The notes below the pieces were generated by a model. It saw nothing but the letters and a program-made list of their open reading frames with translations. It searched no databases and was not told the DNA's origin. A program made the translations under genes and the position numbers. From the NCBI GenBank assembly GCA_022778715.1, contig JALFRW010000033.1, positions 19,465 to 83,464 on the forward strand: a stretch of DNA of 64,000 nucleotides, read 5' to 3'. The DNA is from Ezakiella sp. (GTDB lineage: Bacteria > Bacillota > Clostridia > Tissierellales > Peptoniphilaceae). How positions within the stretch are numbered: the first letter of the stretch is position 1; each line of letters opens with the position of its first letter. Shown here one piece after another: positions 56,688-64,000 of the stretch.

Positions 56688-57818
56688 TTATTTTGCATCT
56701 TTAGTTGTTTCTTCAACTTTTTCTTCAACTTTTTCTTCTGCCGGAGCTTTTTCAAAAGTCATTTGTGCAATAAATGCATCATAAATGGTTGGATAGAATT
56801 CGTCAAATTGTTCATCGGTCATGTCTTCTTCTTTATTTAAACCATGATCTTTGTAGTATTTTTCTTCAACTGTTCCCCATGTGTGGTCGAATGATTCGCC
56901 AACTTTATTTCCGTTTTTGTCGAGGATAAAGATTCCAGGGAAGAAGAAAATTTGATTTTCACCTTCATTTAGAAGTGTGTTAAGATATTCATATCCTTCT
57001 TGTGTTCCGCCAACTTCTGTCCAAGGAGCTGTTTTGCCTTTGAACAGGTCAGCTAGATCAGCATTTGTGTAGTTGTAATATTGATTTACAATACCATAGA
57101 TTTGAACATCTTTGCCTTCTTTAGCAAATTTTTCATTTAGTTCTACCATATGTGGGATGGATAATCTGCTCCAAGGACACCATGGACCCCAGCTGTAAAC
57201 GATTGTGTAATCGTGAAGAGCAACGCTTTCTTTAAATGCAGCTTCGTCGAATTCCGGAATATCAGATTTGTCAAAGTCTACATAATTGATGTGCTTGTCT
57301 CCCGGATATGCGTGGAATCTGACATTTCCAAGAGCGGCTGCCAATTTTGAAGTTAGAACATAGTTTTCCCCGTTGATTACAACGCCTGGAATTTGTTTTT
57401 CTTCGCCATTAACGATCATCTTGAAATTTTGTGCACTAACGCTTGGGTTTTCGCTAATTGGTGCATATTCTTTTCCGTTTGATTCATATTCTTCGCCGGA
57501 AGTAAGTGTTATTGTACGAGTTTCTTTGTCGTATCCAATTCCGAATGCTCCGTCAGTTCCCTTTAAAGCTTCTGCAAAAGCACGAAGTTTTATGACGTTC
57601 CATTTAATTAATTGCGGTTCTTTGCCGGATTTGTCATAGAACATAACTTGAGATAATTTCAAGTTTGGATTTTCTTTTCCGCCAACTACGAAAGAAAAGT
57701 CATTTTCTCCAAATTTGTAACCGTCGAAAATTTCATCATCAGCTTTCACTGATGAAAAACTAAATGTGGTTAAAGCTAAAACTAAAGCTAAAACCATTGC
57801 TAAAAATCTTTTTCTCAT
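56688..57818 (-). CDS. Secreted two-domain protein: copper-amine-oxidase-N-like stalk plus thioredoxin-like domain (WCPWS)
   Basis: Signal peptide ...SSVKA, with GGAGG before the ATG at 57818. The C-terminus has YSWGPWCPWSRLSIPHM, a TlpA/ResA-like context with CxxS. Confidence 0.65.
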   Translation of the reverse strand: MRKRFLAMVLALVLALTTFSFSSVKADDEIFDGYKFGENDFSFVVGGKENPNLKLSQVMFYDKSGKEPQLIKWNVIKLRAFAEALKGTDGAFGIGYDKETRTITLTSGEEYESNGKEYAPISENPSVSAQNFKMIVNGEEKQIPGVVINGENYVLTSKLAAALGNVRFHAYPGDKHINYVDFDKSDIPEFDEAAFKESVALHDYTIVYSWGPWCPWSRLSIPHMVELNEKFAKEGKDVQIYGIVNQYYNYTNADLADLFKGKTAPWTEVGGTQEGYEYLNTLLNEGENQIFFFPGIFILDKNGNKVGESFDHTWGTVEEKYYKDHGLNKEEDMTDEQFDEFYPTIYDAFIAQMTFEKAPAEEKVEEKVEETTKDAK

Positions 57819-57897
57819 GTTGAGATACCTCCTTAAGTATATTGAGATTATATCACACAAAAAAATTAAAATCAAATTAAGATACTGTTAAAAGTTA

Positions 57898-59874
57898 TTA
57901 AAGTGTATCAGTGTATATTGCTTTTATACCGGATTTAAATAACATATCCGCAATCGACTTGTTGTTTATTGTATGCACAAATACATTTATATTTTTTTTA
58001 AGAAGTGGAGCGGCGTATCCGCGATAATAATTCTCTGAACTCATTGTTACACCGTAGAGGCGGTGAGTGCTTGCAAATTCTAAGACTTCGCTTTTTGAAT
58101 AATTTGAAGCATAAAGTGTTAGAATAATATTTCCATATCCTAGAGATTTTACTTTTTCATATTCTTCAAAATTGTAAATTTGTGGAATTATTCTGTTTTT
58201 ATCGTTGCCTGCCATAGATATAAGTTGAGAGAGCACAGCTACATTTTTATCTTTTACATCAGTTATAATATAAGCGTCTTTGTGAGCTTTTAGCCAAGTT
58301 ATCATTGTGAACAAATCCATTTTTGTGTAGCCGTGCACAGATTTATATTTATCGTATTGTGCTTTTGTCGGTACATTTATTTTGCCGTTGTCGATAATGC
58401 CAAAAAATCTGGAGCTAAACCCATCCCACGAGTGAATGTTTACAGGATAATTGTCTGTTGTAAGGCTTATGTCAACTTCGAAATATCTCTTGCCGCTTTT
58501 ATAGTGCTTGTCCAAGGCTTCCAACAGGTTTGTATAGGTCATGCCGTTAATTTCACCACCGGCGTGCATAATTGTTTTCTTGGGATCAATTCTAATTAGC
58601 GATTTATTTTTGGACAGCTCAAAAAGTTTGTCCAGTTGAACGAGGCCAAAAGATAAATCCGTGTCGATAAAACTTTTTTTCGCCACCAGATCATATCCGC
58701 TATTATCTACATATTTCATATCCAGACGATTGTACGCGTCAATTTTTGGGCCATCTATTTCGTTTTTAATATCCATTGCCACTGATTTATAAATCACAAA
58801 TCTTCTGTTTAAATCCAGCATTACAGTTGCAGTGTCCATCGCTTTTTTCTTGGCACTAAAAATATCTTTACCAAACATAGGATAAATTTCATTTTCAAAT
58901 CCATATAGATTAGCAATTGTAGGAGCAATGTCAACCGTTCCGATGGTGGATAAAAATTTGCTCGTTTCAAGTCCATTTACAATAAATAATGGACAGTTTA
59001 CAGACGCCAAAAGTGAATCCTGGCTCAAGATTTTTTTAACAGCATCGTCCATAAATTTGCTGGTCGGGGCACTGTTTTTTCCGACTATTATTAACTCGGT
59101 GTTTTTAGAATAAGATGAATTCTTAAACGTCGTGACAAACTCTTGTAGATTTTTATCCAGTGTTTTTATTCTTTCGACCAATATTTTCTCTTTTTCATTG
59201 TAATTTCCTTTAAAATTGTCGAAAAAAGGATTTTCTTTGGAAGTGGTTTCCGCGTAAATAAATTTTTTGCCTTCACCAGCTAATTCTGCTAAAATATTAT
59301 CGAAAACTTGGCTGTTCGCGGAATCTTTAAGCTCGTTGTATTTCGTAAACCCTATAGATTTGTAGCTGACATAGCCCGCATCTTTTGAAGGGAGCTCTTT
59401 AATTGCAATAGTCTGGTATCCGTTTTCGGAAAAATAATGTTGCAAACCTTTTGTGTTTTTACCATCAATTTGAGTGAAACCGGGATATTTTTTATTTGGA
59501 TAAATGCTATAAAGTGTTGCAAGAGAGGTGTCGTTTAGATTTTCTTTGCTTGAAAGAAAATAATTGTTAAAATAAACCGAACTTTGAGCAAGCGAATTTA
59601 AAAATGGAGTGATCGGAGTATCTTTATAATTACGATTGATTAAGGATGTGATTAGTCCGTCCACTTCGAGAAGTATTAAATTTTTATCTTTAAATATAGC
59701 CGTGTAATTGTTTTTTTCTCTTTCAGTTAAAAAACCGTAGTTTCCACTTTTTATTGACGCAATTTCAGCATTTGTCGGCGCTACATAGTCGCCGTAATCT
59801 GCTGCTAAAACAGAAGTTAAGCTGTTAAACAAAAAGAGAAAGAGAAAAACAATTACAATAATTTTCTTTTTCAA
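57898..59874 (-). CDS. Secreted fusion: LtaS-like sulfatase domain plus GDPD/PI-PLC-like phosphodiesterase domain
   Basis: The N-terminal half has LLEVDGL...TPFLNSLAQSSVYFNNYF...NDTS (LTA-synthase/sulfatase pattern). The C-terminal half has IMHAGGE...YFEVDISLTTDNYPVNIHSWD (GDPD pattern). Confidence 0.65.
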   Translation of the reverse strand: MKKKIIVIVFLFLFLFNSLTSVLAADYGDYVAPTNAEIASIKSGNYGFLTEREKNNYTAIFKDKNLILLEVDGLITSLINRNYKDTPITPFLNSLAQSSVYFNNYFLSSKENLNDTSLATLYSIYPNKKYPGFTQIDGKNTKGLQHYFSENGYQTIAIKELPSKDAGYVSYKSIGFTKYNELKDSANSQVFDNILAELAGEGKKFIYAETTSKENPFFDNFKGNYNEKEKILVERIKTLDKNLQEFVTTFKNSSYSKNTELIIVGKNSAPTSKFMDDAVKKILSQDSLLASVNCPLFIVNGLETSKFLSTIGTVDIAPTIANLYGFENEIYPMFGKDIFSAKKKAMDTATVMLDLNRRFVIYKSVAMDIKNEIDGPKIDAYNRLDMKYVDNSGYDLVAKKSFIDTDLSFGLVQLDKLFELSKNKSLIRIDPKKTIMHAGGEINGMTYTNLLEALDKHYKSGKRYFEVDISLTTDNYPVNIHSWDGFSSRFFGIIDNGKINVPTKAQYDKYKSVHGYTKMDLFTMITWLKAHKDAYIITDVKDKNVAVLSQLISMAGNDKNRIIPQIYNFEEYEKVKSLGYGNIILTLYASNYSKSEVLEFASTHRLYGVTMSSENYYRGYAAPLLKKNINVFVHTINNKSIADMLFKSGIKAIYTDTL

Positions 59875-59913
59875 ATTATGCTCCTTATTTTAAATAATCC
59901 GTACTACTACGGA

Positions 59914-60798
59914 TTATTTAATTGATGCTTCGTATATTGAATTGATTGATTCTGCAAGCATTTTGTCGAATTCGTCGTCTGTCATTTGTGCATTTAAGCC
60001 CTCTGTTAATGCCCTTGAGAAGCTTGCACTCATCTTGCTATTTTGAGATAGCTTTTCGTTTGCTACTTCTCTTGAATAGCCGCCTGAAAGTGCAACGAGT
60101 CGAACTGTAGCGGGAAATTCGGTGAGTGGTAGATAGAGATTGTCCACTTCCGGCAAAGTTAGCTTAAACATGACCGGAGCATCGCCCCAATTTTTCATTT
60201 CTTCTTTCATACATTTTAATAAAAAATCTTCAGCTTTTGCTTTATTTTGCATGGTGATCGTGATTTCCGGTTCGATGATCGGCACGAGACCGTAGGATGC
60301 TATTTTTTTTGCAAACTCAAATTGTTGAGCTACAATTTTTTTTATACCTTCTTCGTTGTATTCATCGATAACAGAACGCATTTTAGTTCCGAAAATATTT
60401 TTTTCTACAGCGTCTTTTAGGCGTGCATCAAAGTTTATGATTTCTTTCATCGGTTTAACGCCTTCAGCTTTTTCTGCAAGACCGTTGTCAATCTTTAAGA
60501 AAGGGACAACTTGTTTTTTTTCCCATAAAAAGTCAGCCGTCATTTTGCCGTCAATTTCACTGTTCATAGTTCTTTCAAATAAAATTGCACCTACGATTTT
60601 ATCTCCGGTAAATGATTTGGATTTCACAATTCTACTTCTCATTTCGTGAATTAAATCGAACATTTCTTCTTCAGTTTTATAAGCATCTTCGTTAATTCCA
60701 TAATTAAGAAGTGCTTTAGGTGTAGAGCCGCCACTTTGGTCTAAAGCAGCAATGAAACCCTTGCCATTTTTAATTTTATTTAACATTTCCTTGTTCAT
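59914..60798 (-). CDS. fda: Class I fructose-bisphosphate aldolase
   Basis: GKGFIAALDQSGGSTPKAL and FLKIDNGL match class I FBA of Gram-positives. Confidence 0.9.
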   Translation of the reverse strand: MNKEMLNKIKNGKGFIAALDQSGGSTPKALLNYGINEDAYKTEEEMFDLIHEMRSRIVKSKSFTGDKIVGAILFERTMNSEIDGKMTADFLWEKKQVVPFLKIDNGLAEKAEGVKPMKEIINFDARLKDAVEKNIFGTKMRSVIDEYNEEGIKKIVAQQFEFAKKIASYGLVPIIEPEITITMQNKAKAEDFLLKCMKEEMKNWGDAPVMFKLTLPEVDNLYLPLTEFPATVRLVALSGGYSREVANEKLSQNSKMSASFSRALTEGLNAQMTDDEFDKMLAESINSIYEASIK

Positions 60799-60946
60799 AG
60801 TAACCTCCAATTATCTATTCTTACTTATAACTATAACATTTTTTAGTGTAATTTTCAATCTTTTTTTCTTGTGCTTTATAAAAGTCTAATATTTTAAAGT
60901 TTGCAATAAAAAACCTACGAACTTTAGAGCGTTCATAGGTTAAAAA

Positions 60947-62770
60947 TTATTTAGCTTCTAAAATTTTAATTGTATCTTCGTAGCCGATTTGGTCTGTCAT
61001 ATTAAATCTCCCCAGACCAAAGGCAGTTTGACGGAGACCTTTTAGCAAATAGTTTTGATGCGGCTCGGTTAAAAATGTTACCTTATAATCGTCCTCGTGT
61101 AATAAAACCGCAGTGATTTCAGAATAAACCCCGCCGGGATAGGCGAAAGTTTTAAAATTGTTTGTTATATCTTGGATAACTTCATTTTGCCTAGTTAAAT
61201 CTTTTTTAAATGCATCCGCGAATGAAAAATCGTTTTCGCCGGCAATCGGTACCGCAAAATTTCTCACAATGTTACCGGTTTCAAGGGCGCTTGATTGATG
61301 CATATCAAAAGTGTGTGAGCCAAAGGTGAAAGTGCCCATTGCGTTTTTCGCTTCTTCAATCGAGAAGTGCGGAAAAATTTTGTGGCCGGTGTCTTTGTAA
61401 GTGTCTTTGCCAATTGAGGAACCTATTACAAATGAGGTTGCTTTAAATCCAAATTCTTTTAGGATTTTATAAGGCTCTTCCAAGTTTGATTTATACCCGT
61501 CATCCATTGTTATCATCACGGCTTTTTCCGGAAGCTCTTTTCCATAATTTACATAACTGTAAATTTCATTTGGCGTGACTGTGGTGTAGCCCGCGTCCTT
61601 TATCGCCTGCATCTGAGTTCTAAAACTATTAAAACCAATAGTCATATCGTCGTTGCCCTTTTCAGAAAAATGGTGATACATAAGCACGGTCAATTTGGTT
61701 TCGAGCTTTATATTAGGCCTATCTTCGTGCAGTCTATCTATCACTTCACCCGCGTCGCCGTTTTCCACATAAATTCCAAAATCTTCCGGAATATACATGT
61801 CGCCACCGTTATAAACACGAGATAAAATCATGCGGCCTACATCGTTTCTAAAGTGCGTGGTGTCGTAGAAATATCTTGGGTCGTACGAAATAGAAGTTTT
61901 TCCAAAGTCGTAGTAGTCCGTGACTTTAGCGAGCTTTGAATAAAAATCTTCAATTTCATTTGTTTCGAAATACTGAAAATTTTCTATATACATTGGAATT
62001 ACAAGCACGGTTAAGTTGATTTTGTTTTTAATGCAAATCTCTTTTATTTTTTGCACGGAATTTATAAACTCGTCCATGTGTTCCAGATTTCTGTGTTCGC
62101 CTTTAAAATTTTTAAATGGTGTGTAAGCGTTGCGAGAAACATAGTCTTCTACACTTGCGATAGGTTCGATGTCACGCCTCCTCTTTTCATAAGAGCCGTC
62201 AGGTACATAAAAAACATTGTACGATTCTTGCAAAAACTTTTTCGCATTTATATATTTAATTTTGTCAAATGAATATCTTGGATTTGCAAATAAAAACTTG
62301 GAATAAAATTTAAATTTGTTTGTGCCGTCCAGTTCCTCGTGCATTGCGTTACTAAAAGTGTCGTTGCCGACGTCGTAAAAAGCGGCGGAGGTGTAGCTTA
62401 ATGGTAAAATAATATTTTTCACAGGATAGTGATTGACCAGCCATTTTACCGTGTTCACGGAGTCGAGCATGTCTGCACCATAGCTAAACATATTGTAATA
62501 ATCTTCACCGGTATATTTTTTCAAACTCTCCGTTGGAAACGAGCTCGCACCGGAAGCACCCACGATGAAATTCTCAAAATTTGATTTTGTCTTTTTTAGA
62601 TATTCTACTTTTGCAATTCTTGGATTTTGTGTCATGTCGAATGAATACCAGTCCATGTATTTGTCGCCAAAAAGGCCAAAAGGGCTCACGAAATAGTTTA
62701 ATATTCCGATTAGTACAAAGACCACAACTATCATAATTCCAAAAACTTTTAAAAATCTTTTTGAATTCAT
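60947..62770 (-). CDS. Membrane-anchored fusion: AlgJ/DHHW/DltD-like SGNH domain plus NodB polysaccharide deacetylase domain
   Basis: N-terminal TM segment, GASGASS and YDTTHF (DxxH-like). NodB motifs TMDDGY, GSHTFDMH and FAYPGG. Confidence 0.7.
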   Translation of the reverse strand: MNSKRFLKVFGIMIVVVFVLIGILNYFVSPFGLFGDKYMDWYSFDMTQNPRIAKVEYLKKTKSNFENFIVGASGASSFPTESLKKYTGEDYYNMFSYGADMLDSVNTVKWLVNHYPVKNIILPLSYTSAAFYDVGNDTFSNAMHEELDGTNKFKFYSKFLFANPRYSFDKIKYINAKKFLQESYNVFYVPDGSYEKRRRDIEPIASVEDYVSRNAYTPFKNFKGEHRNLEHMDEFINSVQKIKEICIKNKINLTVLVIPMYIENFQYFETNEIEDFYSKLAKVTDYYDFGKTSISYDPRYFYDTTHFRNDVGRMILSRVYNGGDMYIPEDFGIYVENGDAGEVIDRLHEDRPNIKLETKLTVLMYHHFSEKGNDDMTIGFNSFRTQMQAIKDAGYTTVTPNEIYSYVNYGKELPEKAVMITMDDGYKSNLEEPYKILKEFGFKATSFVIGSSIGKDTYKDTGHKIFPHFSIEEAKNAMGTFTFGSHTFDMHQSSALETGNIVRNFAVPIAGENDFSFADAFKKDLTRQNEVIQDITNNFKTFAYPGGVYSEITAVLLHEDDYKVTFLTEPHQNYLLKGLRQTAFGLGRFNMTDQIGYEDTIKILEAK

Positions 62771-62777
62771 AACCCAC

Positions 62778-64000
62778 CTAATACTGTCTATAAATAAAGT
62801 CACTTGAAACGTATCCGTCTTGATATACCACGCTTAGCACCAAAAATACTACGATGACAAAAATCAATATCTCATTAAATAATTTACCTTTTTTGTCCAA
62901 AAAGCCGTCAAAGTCAAATGCTCTTTCGGCAAGTATACCGTAGATCATCATGATAATTAAACCGATTAAAATTTTCACATAGCCCATTTTGCTCACGCCA
63001 AATCCTGCTATTAGTGCGCGATTAACGCCGTTGAGATTGAAGTTTGCAAAAGTGTGTTTTAGCATATTTTTTGCGACGGTGTAACCGGAAGCTCTTGTGA
63101 AATATCGGCCGATAACTACGAGCAAATTTGTTCTAATTATCATCCAAATTTTGTGCCAGAACGAATTGGTTAGATTGTGCTTTTTCTTGAAATTTTCGTA
63201 AAACTCTTCTAACAGCAGACCCAGTATAATGATTGTGCCGTTCCAAATTCCAAAAGCGATATACTTAAATCCCGGTCCATGCCAAATTCCAACGATGAAA
63301 TAAATCACGAATGTGGAAATTGCAATAGAAAAGAATTTACCGAATTTTGCACCGAATTTTTTTCTGGCCCATTTGTTTAGTTTACTCATCGGTTTTGAAA
63401 AATTTAGCGAGTAAAACACATAGTCTTTAAGCCAAGTGCCAAGGCTGATGTGCCATCTGCGCCAAAAATCTGCAAGCGAAGTGGAGAAAAAAGGTTGACT
63501 GAAGTTTTTAGCAAGATTTATTCCAAACAGTTGAGAAACGCCGCTTACAATGTCGATGCCGCCGGAGAAATCAGCGTAAATTTGAATGCCGTAGAGCATA
63601 ACTCCGCCAAACACCACCAGACCGGCATAGTTTGCGTAATCTGTAAAAATATTGTTCACGATAGGTGCGAGACCGTTAGCCACAATTAGCTTTTTTATAA
63701 GCCCGAATGTGACCGTTAAAATCCCGCGGCGAATGTTGTCGTAATTGATAGTCGGCTCGGTGAAAAATTGCTCCTCAAGTTCGTTCCATCTCCCGATCGG
63801 TCCTTGAATGATTTGTGGGAAATAGCTCACAAAAAGTGCAAATTTAAACACATTTTGCTCAGCAGGAAATTTTTTTCTATATACGTCTATCATATATCCG
63901 GTTGCTTGGAAAATGAAAAAAGAAATTCCAAGCGGCTGAATAATATTAATCAAATTAGAATGAATGCTTTGGCTGTAAAGTCCGCTAAAAAATGAAAATC
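62778..64000 (-). CDS. MBOAT-family O-acyltransferase (AlgI/DltB-like), N-terminus outside window
   Basis: PLGISFFIFQ and WRRWHISL motifs. The frame stays open through nt 64000, so the listed TTG start is internal. Confidence 0.85.
   Translation of the reverse strand, partial: FSFFSGLYSQSIHSNLINIIQPLGISFFIFQATGYMIDVYRKKFPAEQNVFKFALFVSYFPQIIQGPIGRWNELEEQFFTEPTINYDNIRRGILTVTFGLIKKLIVANGLAPIVNNIFTDYANYAGLVVFGGVMLYGIQIYADFSGGIDIVSGVSQLFGINLAKNFSQPFFSTSLADFWRRWHISLGTWLKDYVFYSLNFSKPMSKLNKWARKKFGAKFGKFFSIAISTFVIYFIVGIWHGPGFKYIAFGIWNGTIIILGLLLEEFYENFKKKHNLTNSFWHKIWMIIRTNLLVVIGRYFTRASGYTVAKNMLKHTFANFNLNGVNRALIAGFGVSKMGYVKILIGLIIMMIYGILAERAFDFDGFLDKKGKLFNEILIFVIVVFLVLSVVYQDGYVSSDFIYRQY

Noticed and set aside
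1-64000. Search for CRISPR arrays, rRNA genes, IS/transposase or integrase genes, and large tandem repeats
   Set aside because: I saw no regularly spaced direct repeats, rRNA-like sequence or transposase/recombinase-like ORFs on either strand. Only short hairpins and DnaA boxes recur.

Overview
Chromosomal replication-origin region of a low-GC Firmicute (Clostridia/Tissierellia-like; taxon not determinable here). The core is dnaA-dnaN-S4 protein-recF-gyrB-gyrA (18.8-27.0 kb), with DnaA-box clusters on both sides of dnaA. gyrA runs without gaps into a STAS / degenerate anti-sigma / sigma-factor module, a CitG-CitX fusion and NfnAB-like genes. The first ~7.3 kb looks like accessory DNA: spot counts of 60-nt lines gave about 28% GC there versus about 37-47% in core genes. 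It carries a 5'-truncated HNH nuclease gene, a two-gene Lamassu-like cassette (Cap4/DUF4297-like nuclease plus an SMC/Rad50-like ATPase with a CxxC hook), a MobC-relaxase pair with an oriT-like inverted repeat, and an AlbA_2/Schlafen-like gene. Other content: a frameshifted HIT pseudogene abutting an AT-rich PqqD-like ORF and MATE gene, a four-gene double-cubane-cluster reductase operon, a consensus promoter-plus-terminator unit upstream of a DUF871/MupG-like gene, a split chromate transporter, two ABC systems, a TetR-MMPL cluster, a lysine riboswitch controlling an NhaC-family gene, one tRNA-Thr(CGU), a NarL-type two-component system, and cell-envelope genes (sulfatase-GDPD fusion, MBOAT plus AlgJ/DHHW-like-NodB fusion). 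I found no rRNA, CRISPR array, transposase or integrase. All family assignments come from motif recognition by eye and need profile searches to confirm.
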